Positions 9,897 to 18,841 of a stretch of 64,000 nt of DNA are shown piece by piece (within the stretch, counting starts at the first letter, position 1; every line of letters starts with the position of its first letter). The DNA is from Saprospiraceae bacterium (GTDB lineage: Bacteria; Bacteroidota; Bacteroidia; Chitinophagales; Saprospiraceae): NCBI GenBank assembly GCA_030729925.1, contig JANQWK010000060.1, positions 98,819 through 162,818 on the forward strand, written 5' to 3'. The notes under the pieces were generated by a model that saw only the letters and a list, made by a program, of their open reading frames with translations, searched no databases and was not told the origin of the DNA. The position numbers and the translations under genes are program-made.

Positions 9897-11585
9897 TTAT
9901 TCGATAGTTATAAGATACAAATCACTGTTGACAGCAGGCAGCAAATTACCTGGACGAAAGCCCAAAGCAGCCTTAAAAGTTCCTTTTACCTTAGGTACAA
10001 CCCATCGCAAAGGTACGGTCTGTTTTGCTTTTGGTACAAGCCTGAGCTGCTCCGACCCCAAGTACACCGCTGTAACTTCCTCCACCCACTTTTCTCCATC
10101 ATGCAACAACAACCCTATGGATAGCGGAAGGTTTCCCTTTCCCAATTGGATATCAAAGGGATAGGGATTTTCAATTACTGCATCAAGCACCAGGGTATCT
10201 CCAGCTGCCCAAATTTCGGGAATATTTTCAACAATTATCCGGCAATTTTCGCTCACCTGCAGGCTATCGGTGACCAGGAGCTTCACGATATGTCCGTTGG
10301 ACAACGTATCCACCCTACAATCGCTACAATTCCATTTGCGCTGTCCTACTACCATTACGCGCTGGTTATGCAATGGAATTTCAAGATCCAGCAGGTTGTA
10401 TTGATTGGCGCGATAATCAATATTGGTAAATGTAGAGGGTTGGGTTCCGGTATAAAAAGCATACATAGCGGCATCCCGGTAGCTGTTTTCAAAATATAGG
10501 GGCAAACCCATCGCCTTTTCTTGCAGTTCCAACACCCAATCGGTATTCCCAAACAACTTATTGGAGCGCAGCAATCCTGTCATGATCCCTAAACGAGCCA
10601 AGACCATTAAAAACACAGAAACGAGTGCCATGTTTCGGATCAGCTTGCTTTGCAACTCATTGTTTTTGACATATTCGTGCAACAAAAGTACCACCGGAAT
10701 GCTCAAAACCGCCGTCCACTGTGGTTCAACATGCCCTTTGAAGGTCATGGCTGCAAAAAACAACCAAAACCCCGCAATCAGCGCAACTTCGAGAGAGCGA
10801 CGCCCTTGTGTTAGCTTGGATGCTATTGCTTTCAGCAAAAAAGGGAACAACAGAGGGCTGAATATCAGTGCTTGATTGAGCAGATAATTAAGAGGAAGTT
10901 TTATTTCCCATTCGTCATCCCGACCAACCAGGTGGTAGGCGAAAGTGGGAAACCCTTGGGCATACTGCCAATAAAGGTGGGGGATGAACAAAACCAGCCC
11001 GAAGATGCCTGAAAGCCAGAAATACGGCATGCGAAGAAGCCGAAGGTTGGCCAGTACGGAAAAACCGATAACCAGTACCCCGTGGTATTTGCTGTAGAGC
11101 AGCAAGGCCATCAAAATCCCCAAAATCAGAGTGAGCGACATGTTGGGGGAAGCCAGAAATTTCCGGAAAGCCAAAAACCAGGCTGCGCTAAAAAACAACA
11201 GAGGAGCGTCGGGGGTGGCCACAAATCCATAAACATGAAAAAAAGGCATTGCTGCAGCCAGCAACAGAAATAAATATAGCTCGGAAGGCTTCTCCGGCCT
11301 ATCGGCAAGTTGCCAAAGCATCAGCAGGGTCAGCGGCATGAACAATACGGTGATCATGCGAAGGCCGATGGCTCCAGGCAACCAACTGCTGCCAGCTTTG
11401 ATCATCAGGGCAACCATTGGTGGATGATCGAAATAACCCCAGGCGGGAAACTGGCTGTATATCCAGTAATAGGCCTCGTCTGGGTCTAGGGGCGTCAGCC
11501 AAGCCTGAAAAGCATTCAGGATGACCCATATCCCCAAAAAATAGATCAGGGGTAAAGGAATTCGGGAGACCATGTGTGTTTTCAT
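9897..11585 (-). CDS. Glycosyltransferase family 39 (ArnT/PMT-like, GT-C) membrane protein
   Basis: Start is ATG 11585 ([20 protein letters not shown]). It has the N-terminal LDPDEAYYW...YFDHPPM motif, about 10 hydrophobic segments and then a ~200-aa soluble tail. Confidence 0.75.
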   Translation of the reverse strand: MKTHMVSRIPLPLIYFLGIWVILNAFQAWLTPLDPDEAYYWIYSQFPAWGYFDHPPMVALMIKAGSSWLPGAIGLRMITVLFMPLTLLMLWQLADRPEKPSELYLFLLLAAAMPFFHVYGFVATPDAPLLFFSAAWFLAFRKFLASPNMSLTLILGILMALLLYSKYHGVLVIGFSVLANLRLLRMPYFWLSGIFGLVLFIPHLYWQYAQGFPTFAYHLVGRDDEWEIKLPLNYLLNQALIFSPLLFPFLLKAIASKLTQGRRSLEVALIAGFWLFFAAMTFKGHVEPQWTAVLSIPVVLLLHEYVKNNELQSKLIRNMALVSVFLMVLARLGIMTGLLRSNKLFGNTDWVLELQEKAMGLPLYFENSYRDAAMYAFYTGTQPSTFTNIDYRANQYNLLDLEIPLHNQRVMVVGQRKWNCSDCRVDTLSNGHIVKLLVTDSLQVSENCRIIVENIPEIWAAGDTLVLDAVIENPYPFDIQLGKGNLPLSIGLLLHDGEKWVEEVTAVYLGSEQLRLVPKAKQTVPLRWVVPKVKGTFKAALGFRPGNLLPAVNSDLYLITIE

Positions 11586-11639
11586 TTGGAGTCGCACACC
11601 CTTTCGTACAGGCCATGCGATGGGGGTAAAACCAAGCAC

Positions 11640-11676
11640 GGTCAATGAATCCTGCCAAGCGGCAGATCCATTGACC
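11640..11676 (-). terminator. Two-tier stem-loop between the esterase gene and the GT39 gene (possible terminator or attenuator)
   Basis: GGTCAATG-aatc-CTGCC-aagc-GGCAG-atc-CATTGACC gives an 8-bp outer stem plus a 5-bp inner stem. On the minus strand only a weak U-tract follows (ttggtttta). Confidence 0.35.
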
Positions 11677-11706
11677 GTAACTCAAGTATGCAAAAGTAGC
11701 ATATTT

Positions 11707-12903
11707 TTATCGAACCAGGAAGCGCGCTACCGCATCGGGAGTTCGCAACAAGTACATTCCCTGTTGAAGCCCTCCCAGCCGAAGCTCATTTTGTCCCTGG
11801 AACAATCGTCCGGACTGTAGTTGTCGCCCTGAAATATCATACAACATAAAGGGTTGATCCTGTTCGACACTCAGGTAAATCACGCCGCCATAAACCGGGT
11901 TAGGATAAACTTCCAGCTGTTGCAAGCGCTGAGGCTGGCGGGTACTCACCGTCGCATTCTTGTTGATCACCTGGTCGTAAAAAAACTGCGTCGCCCGCTC
12001 GATGATCACTACCATCCTGGCCGAATCCACCACCAGTTCGTGCCCGATACCTGGATACGTATATAACTCGGTGGCCACGCCCAAACTTGTCAAACGCTGG
12101 TGTACTAGCGAGCTACCTTGTACCTGAACAACATTGATCCCATTGAAAGTAGCAAAACCCTGGGCGTAAGGCACCACCACATCTGTATCACCATGAAAAC
12201 TAATCGTTGGCACATCTGTAACACTGATCAAGGTCGTATCGAGAATAGCCCCCATCATGTTAAACAACCCGACAGCTTTGTAGGGGTAGCCCGGAGAACC
12301 ATTATTACCACCCTCCAGACCGCCAAGATTCTCCAGGAACTGCGCGATATTAGCTGGTGCCTTGGATACATCCGTAAAAAGGTGAGAATGCAGGGTAGCA
12401 ATAGCTCCTGCCGATACTCCTCCGGAAATAATGCGGGTCGTATCAATCCGGTAGGGATTACCTTCGTCCCGTGCACTCTTGTAAAAAAACCGCACAGCTG
12501 CATTGTGATCCTGAACAGCCCGAAGATTGGCTTGGGTCAACTCATCTGAAAGTCTCAAAAAATTTGCGTAATTGATTCCGAGCCGGTAGCTCATCGTTAC
12601 GGTAACGTATCCCTTTCGTGCAAAATCCTGACAAAGCGCCATCATCAAAGGATCCCTCCTGTCGCCACCTACAAAGGAACCTCCATGAACCAACACCATC
12701 AAAGGTCTGGCCTCCTCTGTATCTCCTTCAGGCTCAAAAATGTCCATCCGAAGCCGGACAATCGTATCATCTACAGACATTGCCTCGCCGTACAGCACAT
12801 CCGGAGTCATCTTGACCCCTTCAAAGGTTGGGGTAAGGTACCTTTGAGCAGATGCGCTAAAAAAAGAAAGGGTAAGAATAAACAGCGGTAAAATTTGCTT
12901 CAT
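11707..12903 (-). CDS. Secreted alpha/beta-hydrolase (esterase/lipase) with T9SS C-terminal sorting domain
   Basis: ATG 12903 (MKQILPLFILTLSFFSASAQ signal peptide). Motifs are the HGGSFVGG oxyanion region and the GGVSAGA (GxSxG) nucleophile elbow. The last ~70 aa (LEVYPNPVYGGVIYL...LYDISGRQL...GMYLLR) match the Por secretion CTD pattern. Confidence 0.75.
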   Translation of the reverse strand: MKQILPLFILTLSFFSASAQRYLTPTFEGVKMTPDVLYGEAMSVDDTIVRLRMDIFEPEGDTEEARPLMVLVHGGSFVGGDRRDPLMMALCQDFARKGYVTVTMSYRLGINYANFLRLSDELTQANLRAVQDHNAAVRFFYKSARDEGNPYRIDTTRIISGGVSAGAIATLHSHLFTDVSKAPANIAQFLENLGGLEGGNNGSPGYPYKAVGLFNMMGAILDTTLISVTDVPTISFHGDTDVVVPYAQGFATFNGINVVQVQGSSLVHQRLTSLGVATELYTYPGIGHELVVDSARMVVIIERATQFFYDQVINKNATVSTRQPQRLQQLEVYPNPVYGGVIYLSVEQDQPFMLYDISGRQLQSGRLFQGQNELRLGGLQQGMYLLRTPDAVARFLVR

Positions 12904-12998
12904 AAAATATATTTTTGGGTAATTGCGGAATAATTCCATCAATATACACAAAATAGCCTGCAATGTTTGGAGCAGCTCCAAACTAAAAGGGTGTTGTC

Positions 12999-13196
12999 TT
13001 ACTTTTTAGAAGTAAATCCAATGATTCGGTACAAAGGACAAAAGTTAATCATGCTGGTGAGGATTAAAATTGCGGCTACAATTAAAAGCAAGGTACCCAG
13101 AAGGCCACTGATCACATTCAGGTACCAAAGTAAGGTGATTGCTACACCAGCAAGGATGCGTATCGTCTGATCTTGACTGCCGACGTTCTTTTCCAT
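12999..13196 (-). CDS. DUF2892 (YgaP C-terminal-like) small membrane protein
   Basis: ATG 13196 gives a 65-aa protein with two TM helices and the FCPLY motif characteristic of DUF2892. Confidence 0.7.
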   Translation of the reverse strand: MEKNVGSQDQTIRILAGVAITLLWYLNVISGLLGTLLLIVAAILILTSMINFCPLYRIIGFTSKK

Positions 13197-13279
13197 AAGG
13201 GGATTATTTTTGTGAAAAATATGTTGGAAGTTAGTAAAAAAAACTCGGAAAACCACCTAAAAATCATAAAATCAGGGCT

Positions 13280-14413
13280 ATGGAACTTAGTGCAGCAGAA
13301 TTAATTCGCTACTCCAGGCATTTGGCTATGCCTGAATTTGACCTCCAATCCCAGCGACAACTAAAAGCAGCGCGGGTGCTGGTAGTGGGTGCAGGAGGGC
13401 TGGGTGCTCCCTTGTTGTTGTATCTTGCAGCGGCTGGAGTAGGTACATTGGGTATTGTGGATTTTGATACGGTGGACGTGAGTAACCTGCAGCGGCAAAT
13501 CTTGTATGGGGTTTCGGATGTTGGCAAACTCAAAGTGGATTGTGCTCGTAAGCGTCTCCTCGAACTCAATCCGCACATTGACATAAAAACTTATGCCTGT
13601 GCCCTGACTACTGACAATGCGCTCGAGCTTTTCCAGGACTACGACATTATTGCAGACGGTACCGACAATTTCCCGACCCGCTACCTGGTCAATGACGCCT
13701 GCGTAATTCTTGGAAAAGTGAATGTTTTTGCTTCGATCTTTAGGTTTGAAGGACAGTTGAGTATCTTTAACGCCCCACTGGAACATGGAGAACGGGGGCC
13801 AAATTACCGCGATATTTTCCCGGCTCCTCCGCCTCCGGGACTCGTTCCCAATTGTGCAGAAGGAGGAGTACTCGGTGTTCTTCCGGGAATTATGGGGAGC
13901 TTGCAAGCCAACGAAATCATCAAATGGATAACGGGAATAGGCAAACCTCTGGTTGGCGAACTACTGTTGCTCGATGTAGCGAGGTTTAAAAGCAGGACCT
14001 TGAAAATACCCAAACAAGCATCTACTCGTATCACCGAACTCATTGACTATGAAGAATTTTGTGCGCCAAGCAAACACAGGGAAGCACAGCCACTAATACG
14101 CCAGTTAAGTCCCTTGGAACTGGCAGCATGGATCAGCTCGAAAAAGTCATTTCAGTTGATAGATATCAGGGAGCCTTACGAATTTGAGATCGTGCAAATA
14201 GGGGGGCGACTCATTCCTAAGGCCGCGCTTCTTGACAACCCGGAGCAAATTGATGCCAACCTTCCCGCTGTGCTCTTTTGCCGGAGTGGTAAGCGCAGCA
14301 TGGAGGCCATCGGGCTTCTTCAAGAAGCCCATGGGCTTGGCAATCTATATAATCTGGAGGGAGGAATCCTGGCCTGGATTGACAGCATAAATCCCTCCCT
14401 TCAGCGCTATTAA
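13280..14413 (+). CDS. moeB: MoeB/ThiF-family adenylyltransferase fused to a C-terminal rhodanese domain
   Basis: 377 aa with YSRHL, the GAGGLGAP nucleotide loop and SNLQRQ. The C-terminal rhodanese has the active-site loop FCRSGKRS. Confidence 0.88.
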   Translation: MELSAAELIRYSRHLAMPEFDLQSQRQLKAARVLVVGAGGLGAPLLLYLAAAGVGTLGIVDFDTVDVSNLQRQILYGVSDVGKLKVDCARKRLLELNPHIDIKTYACALTTDNALELFQDYDIIADGTDNFPTRYLVNDACVILGKVNVFASIFRFEGQLSIFNAPLEHGERGPNYRDIFPAPPPPGLVPNCAEGGVLGVLPGIMGSLQANEIIKWITGIGKPLVGELLLLDVARFKSRTLKIPKQASTRITELIDYEEFCAPSKHREAQPLIRQLSPLELAAWISSKKSFQLIDIREPYEFEIVQIGGRLIPKAALLDNPEQIDANLPAVLFCRSGKRSMEAIGLLQEAHGLGNLYNLEGGILAWIDSINPSLQRY

Positions 14414-15456
14414 AATCTTTCTACTCCGGGGATCTCCATAATCAGATCCGGGCCGTAGGCCATAGCTGGTGTTTGGTAACCTGGTTTCCAGTCACCAGCC
14501 AACACTTTTTTGCAAATCAGGATACTGGACTTGGCAGTGAGGGTATAGCCCTCCGGCGTACGCAAGCTTGCGGTCAGGATATTGCCGCTGGCGTTGCGCA
14601 CCTGCCCCCAGACTACTGACTTGGCCTTGAGCCGAGTAGCTTCATCCGGACCGGCTGGTCGCTTTTTGATCTGTTGTCGGATGTAATTGCGTACAAAGCT
14701 CGTGCGCAGGAGCCAATTGTAGGCCCATTGCCATTTTAGCTGACGTGCAGTAGCGGGCTTGGCCCCCATGTAGGTTTCGATATTGGGAATCCCTGTAGAA
14801 CGGAAAGCCGTTGCAATATCGCCCCAAGGAATCGCCATAACGTGCATTTTACGCCCGGGGAAGTCAATCCATTGTGACTTATGCCCCAGAGGAACCCGTT
14901 TTAATTTACCATTTTCACGAACCACGCCCCCTTCTCCGATATGCCCGGCAAAAGTAAGTGCTGTCCCATGTGAAGGGCCACTTCCCACGGAAGCGAAAGC
15001 CAACTGCAAGTGGGTAGCATCCGGCATGCGCTCTTTGAGGTGCAGCGCAAGACAATCCGTAGGTACCACATCAAAGCCGGTACCCGGCATCACCATGACG
15101 TTTGCTTGTCGGGCCTTTTCATCATACCTGGCTGCCCCTTCGAACACCGTGATTTCGCCCGTAATATCCAAGTAGTGTACCCCGCGTTTAAGGCAGGCTT
15201 TGATCATGGGCCATGCGGTGAACTCAAACGGACCGGCAGCATGGCAAACGACTCCGATGCCATCGAGCTGTGATGCAAGCTCGTCGGAATCATCCAATCC
15301 GAATATTCGATACTCCAACTTGTATTGATCTGCCAGTGCAGCAACAGCAGACTCGTTTCTGCCTCCCAAAACAGGCTGTATGCCTTGTTGGATAGCCTCA
15401 TCCAGCATCAATTTGCCCGTATAGCCATTGGCTCCATAAAGTAGCACTTTCATCAT
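14410..15456 (-). CDS. Saccharopine dehydrogenase-like NAD(P)-binding protein
   Basis: ATG 15456 (MMKVLLYGANGYTGKL, GxxGxxG Rossmann), 348 aa. The track ORF is over-extended to 15624, into the next gene. Confidence 0.8.
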   Translation of the reverse strand: MMKVLLYGANGYTGKLMLDEAIQQGIQPVLGGRNESAVAALADQYKLEYRIFGLDDSDELASQLDGIGVVCHAAGPFEFTAWPMIKACLKRGVHYLDITGEITVFEGAARYDEKARQANVMVMPGTGFDVVPTDCLALHLKERMPDATHLQLAFASVGSGPSHGTALTFAGHIGEGGVVRENGKLKRVPLGHKSQWIDFPGRKMHVMAIPWGDIATAFRSTGIPNIETYMGAKPATARQLKWQWAYNWLLRTSFVRNYIRQQIKKRPAGPDEATRLKAKSVVWGQVRNASGNILTASLRTPEGYTLTAKSSILICKKVLAGDWKPGYQTPAMAYGPDLIMEIPGVERF

Positions 15457-15481
15457 TTCTTTTTTTCCAAGGTACAAAAAA

Positions 15482-16486
15482 TTATCCAAGCAATAAATTA
15501 CATCCTCTGATATCGCTGTTGTCCAGCCTACCCAACACCTCAAACGTTCCGTTCGGATAGCATTTACCCAAATCTTCCGTAGCGATAAAACTAATCGTAT
15601 CCACGTTTGCCAGATCCACCACATTCAGGGCTCCGGTGCGATGATATCCCACGCTGGCAAAAGGATCGGTCATATCCCTTGAAAAAACGCGCATAGTAGC
15701 TCCCGGCTCAAACATCCCGCCTCCGCGGGAATACCCTTGGGAAAACAGTTCTGTCATACCGTATTCCGAATGTACCGCATCCAGGTGCCATTGCTGCTGT
15801 AGTAGCTCGTGTAATTCCGAACGAATGATTTCCTTGCGTCGGCCTTTCATGCCTCCGGTTTCCATAACCACTACCCCATCCAAATCTCGCTCACCAGACT
15901 CTGCCAGATCCAGCAAAGCAAAACTCACCCCAAAAAGCATGGTGCTGAACCCCTCTTTCCGGGAAGCTTCCAAATGACCGAGCAGGGCATCCGTATCGTG
16001 CAAGAAAAAGCCGCTATGAGGGGATCGAGACTGTGCGATAAAGCTGTGCATCATGGCAATCAGAGAAGAACCTGTCCGTTCGAGATACCCCGGCAACAAA
16101 GCCAGGAAACTATAACCCTCCACGGGGCCGTAAAAAGACTCAAAAATTTGCCGGCTCACCCAATCGTACCACTCCATGTCCCTCACCGGGTGCCGGCTTT
16201 GTTCCATACCCGTTGTGCCGCTACTCAGAAAAAAATCTGTGGGTGTCCAATTTCCCGTTCGGGTGTCCTGACTTTTGAACAACTGGATCGGTAAGACAGG
16301 AACCTCCGCTGCAGTCTGTGGCACAACACTATCCTGCCCTGTCAACTCCAGATAAGCCTTGTACAGGCTATTCTCTGCCCTTTGCAGGGAAAAGACCTCC
16401 AATGCAAGTTCATCAAACAATGCACCGTCCGAACACAAGGCAGAAAAATTTTGTTGAATGTATGATTTGATTATCTTGCTATTCAT
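15482..16486 (-). CDS. LuxE-like acyl-protein synthetase / acyl-adenylate-forming enzyme
   Basis: 334 aa with SSGTTG (AMP-binding P-loop-like), YGMTE and ETGGMKGRR. The overall pattern matches the LuxE/PaaK-type adenylating family as I recall it. Confidence 0.7.
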   Translation of the reverse strand: MNSKIIKSYIQQNFSALCSDGALFDELALEVFSLQRAENSLYKAYLELTGQDSVVPQTAAEVPVLPIQLFKSQDTRTGNWTPTDFFLSSGTTGMEQSRHPVRDMEWYDWVSRQIFESFYGPVEGYSFLALLPGYLERTGSSLIAMMHSFIAQSRSPHSGFFLHDTDALLGHLEASRKEGFSTMLFGVSFALLDLAESGERDLDGVVVMETGGMKGRRKEIIRSELHELLQQQWHLDAVHSEYGMTELFSQGYSRGGGMFEPGATMRVFSRDMTDPFASVGYHRTGALNVVDLANVDTISFIATEDLGKCYPNGTFEVLGRLDNSDIRGCNLLLG

Positions 16487-16538
16487 GCAAAGAAAAGCCG
16501 TATTTTTAAATTCCGTTTTTACCTAAACAAACGAAACC

Positions 16539-17042
16539 ATGAAATTTCTTTCTGCTCTGGCAATTTCGCTGGTTTTTCTGACCTTTTTTTTCGGTTGTAT
16601 CAGACAACCGGAATATCCGGATGAGCCGTTGATCACTTATATGGATCTCAACCAATACTCCATTGCCCAAGGAAACCGAATAGACGCTGCCGACACCCTG
16701 GTCATTCGCTTTTCCTTTACGGACGGAGACGGAGATTTGGGCAGTGCTTCCGACTCCTTTGATATCTTTCTGACGGATAGCCGCGATGGATTTATCAACA
16801 ATTTCAAGCTCCCGGTTATTCCGGAAAAAGGCTCGGGCAATGGGATATCCGGTGAAGTCACCATACGCATTCCCAACACACCTTTCAATATTTGTTGCAC
16901 CTTTCCGGACGGATCTACAGCCTGCCAGCCCAATGCCCGGTTTCCAACAGACACCTTTTCGTATGCCATTCAGATACGGGACCGGAACAACCGTTTCAGC
17001 AACACCATCCGCACCGAAACGATTACCGTGTTGTGCCGATAA
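16539..17042 (+). CDS. Hypothetical lipoprotein
   Basis: MKFLSALAISLVFLTFFFGC lipobox, 167 aa. I recognise no family. Coding is preferred over the antisense 16506..17129 ORF because of the clean signal peptide. Confidence 0.5.
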   Translation: MKFLSALAISLVFLTFFFGCIRQPEYPDEPLITYMDLNQYSIAQGNRIDAADTLVIRFSFTDGDGDLGSASDSFDIFLTDSRDGFINNFKLPVIPEKGSGNGISGEVTIRIPNTPFNICCTFPDGSTACQPNARFPTDTFSYAIQIRDRNNRFSNTIRTETITVLCR

Positions 17043-17046
17043 ACTA

Positions 17047-17403
17047 TCAGGCAATACCGGCCTTGGCTTTCGTTGCAGCCAGGGTTGCCTTTGTACTGCC
17101 CGCAAACAATTCGTCCTCGACAATAACAACGGGGCGTTTGAGGAAAGTGTATTCCTCCAGGATGAGTTGTCGGTAATCTTCCTCGGTAAGTTCCCGTTCG
17201 TGTAGGCCCATTGACCGGTATTTCATGGCTTTTCTGCTAAAAAGTGCCTCGTAAGCGCCCGCCATGGCTCGCATCTCCTCTAGCTGTTCGGGGGTGATTT
17301 TCTCTGATTTGATATCTTGCAATACGAAGCCCTCACCGTTGTTAAGCTCAGCGATAACCTTCTGGCAGGTCTTACAATTGGAAAGGTGGTAAATCTTTTT
17401 CAT
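17047..17403 (-). CDS. ArsC/Spx-family (glutaredoxin-like) protein
   Basis: 118 aa. It has the N-terminal IYHLSNCKTCQK motif and a C-terminal LKRPVV motif typical of the ArsC family. Confidence 0.8.
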   Translation of the reverse strand: MKKIYHLSNCKTCQKVIAELNNGEGFVLQDIKSEKITPEQLEEMRAMAGAYEALFSRKAMKYRSMGLHERELTEEDYRQLILEEYTFLKRPVVIVEDELFAGSTKATLAATKAKAGIA

Positions 17404-17450
17404 GATATTTGGCTTTTACCTTTTGGAATGTCCAGGGTAAAAAAAAGTTC

Positions 17451-17480
17451 AAAAAAAAAGGAGCAGAAAAAATCTGCTCC
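17451..17480 (-). terminator. Rho-independent terminator downstream of fsa/tal
   Basis: On the minus strand, GGAGCAG-attttt t-CTGCTCC (17480-17460) is followed by T9 (17459-17451), 36 nt after the stop at 17516. Confidence 0.6.
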
Positions 17481-17515
17481 TCCAATGGTAATTCAAAGAT
17501 AGCCTCTCTTTATTC

Positions 17516-18178
17516 TTAATGGCCCTGATTGGCCTTTTTGTGGTCGGCAAGAAATTTTTCCAAACCAATATCCGTAAGCGGATGTTTGGCCAGTCCCAAA
17601 ATAGCATCCAGCGGGCAAGTCACCACATCAGCACCTGACAACGCTGCATCAATAATATGTTTGGGGTTCCGGATAGAAGCTGCCAGGATTTCGGTGTCAA
17701 AATCCTGCATCGCGTAAATCTCTGCAATTTCATTGATCAACTCCATACCATCCCAGCCAATATCATCAATGCGCCCGATGAAAGGAGATACGTAAGTCGC
17801 ACCTGCTTTAGCGGCAAGGATTGCTTGGCCTGAAGAAAAAACCAGGGTACAGTTTGTTTTTATATCTTGCTGGGTCAAATAGCTGATCGCCTTGATACCC
17901 GGTATCGTCATAGGGATTTTCACCACAATATTGGGGTGTAGATCAGCCAACATCTCCCCTTCTTTGATCATACCCTCAAAATCGGTGGCAATCACTTCTG
18001 CACTCACATCTCCGTCCACCAATTCGCAGATCGCAGTGTAGTGGTTCATTACATTATCCACCCCAACGATACCCTCTTTAGCCATTAAGGAAGGATTGGT
18101 GGTCACGCCGTCCAGGATTCCCAAATCCATGGCTTCTTTAATCTGATCGAGGTTAGCGGTATCAATAAAAAATTTCAT
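17516..18178 (-). CDS. fsa: Fructose-6-phosphate aldolase / type 3B transaldolase
   Basis: 220 aa, MKFFIDTANLDQIKEA...GVTTNPSL...VKIP...SPFIGR, the classic short transaldolase family. Confidence 0.93.
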   Translation of the reverse strand: MKFFIDTANLDQIKEAMDLGILDGVTTNPSLMAKEGIVGVDNVMNHYTAICELVDGDVSAEVIATDFEGMIKEGEMLADLHPNIVVKIPMTIPGIKAISYLTQQDIKTNCTLVFSSGQAILAAKAGATYVSPFIGRIDDIGWDGMELINEIAEIYAMQDFDTEILAASIRNPKHIIDAALSGADVVTCPLDAILGLAKHPLTDIGLEKFLADHKKANQGH

Positions 18179-18317
18179 ACATCAAATTTCGGGTGTAAAG
18201 GTAATAAATAGCTGAAAATTGAGAATTATTCTGGGGTAAAACCAAGTTTTTTTTATATATATTTTTTAATTTAATGCATTGGGGAGGTGGGTCGAGCTGG
18301 TGTGCTTGCATTAAAAG

Positions 18318-18414
18318 GAGACGAGCAAGCACATCACACCGCTCAACTTCCTACCCTTGCTGCGTTTCCGCCCTGGGGGGGTTCAGAAGGAGCTGGTCGT
18401 GTGCCGCTCGCCGG
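18318..18414 (-). ncRNA. ffs: Signal recognition particle RNA (small 4.5S type), candidate
   Basis: The minus-strand sequence contains CCAGG-GCG-GAAA-CGC-AGCA-AGGG, that is the domain IV pattern CAGG / GNRA tetraloop / AGCA (compare E. coli CAGGUCCGGAAGGAAGCAGCC). Flanking strands pair into a long helix: GAGC/GCUC, GGCAC/GUGCU, GCUC/GAGC, CUUCU/AGGAAG, ACCC/GGGU. A promoter box sits immediately upstream. End coordinates are approximate. Confidence 0.65.
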
Positions 18415-18417
18415 CGG

Positions 18418-18449
18418 CAAATGTAGTTCTTTTTAACCAACTATTCAAA
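18418..18449 (-). promoter_or_regulatory. Bacteroidota-type promoter (TTTG-N20-TACATTTG) for the SRP RNA
   Basis: On the minus strand, TTTG (18449-18446), a 20-nt spacer and TACATTTG (18425-18418) match the Bacteroidetes sigma-A consensus TTTG / TAnnTTTG. The motif ends ~5-8 nt before the predicted RNA 5' end. Confidence 0.5.
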
Positions 18450-18454
18450 TAAAA

Positions 18455-18811
18455 TTAATAATTAGAAGGAGGGATAATTTCAGTTTTCTCGCCGAAGTAC
18501 TGAGCGAAGCGTTGCATTTCGTTGGCGAGATCGGCATTATTGGTTGCCCGGTAGTAGGTATCTGCCAGAGAGCGAACCATTTGGTAAACGAATCTGTCCA
18601 TCTCCATCACCTCCATATCTTTTGTCCAGAGGTCAATTTTGAGGGTATCTTTGGTATTTCGGTCAAACAAAGAGAGGATCATTCCTTTGCAATCGGTTTG
18701 CTGCAGGCCTTGTTTAGAATCCACAGCAAAACACTGGATATCTACGGGAAGGCCTGTTTGATCCAGTCCTACCTCTAATCGGATTTCAGAACGCTTGCTT
18801 ACTTCACTCAT
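18455..18811 (-). CDS. gldC: Gliding motility-associated protein GldC
   Basis: 118 aa. SEI...LD...P..I.W...D (N-terminus), MILSLFDRNTKDTLKIDLWTKDMEVMEM and the ATNNADLANEMQRFAQYF block match my recollection of Flavobacterium johnsoniae GldC (IDLWTKDMPVDEM...). Confidence 0.8.
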   Translation of the reverse strand: MSEVSKRSEIRLEVGLDQTGLPVDIQCFAVDSKQGLQQTDCKGMILSLFDRNTKDTLKIDLWTKDMEVMEMDRFVYQMVRSLADTYYRATNNADLANEMQRFAQYFGEKTEIIPPSNY

Positions 18812-18841
18812 AATATAAGATTCTTGTTGTTGACAATCAAT

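Noticed and set aside
12966-12982. Hairpin TTTGGAG-cag-CTCCAAA between the DUF2892 and esterase genes
   Set aside because: It is a 7-bp AT/GC-mixed stem with only a weak downstream U-tract on the minus strand. This is not enough to call a terminator.
16506-17129. 207-aa minus-strand ORF overlapping the lipoprotein gene and the ArsC 3' end
   Set aside because: It has no signal or motif content. It overlaps a plus-strand ORF with a clean lipoprotein signal peptide, and it overlaps the ArsC-family gene.
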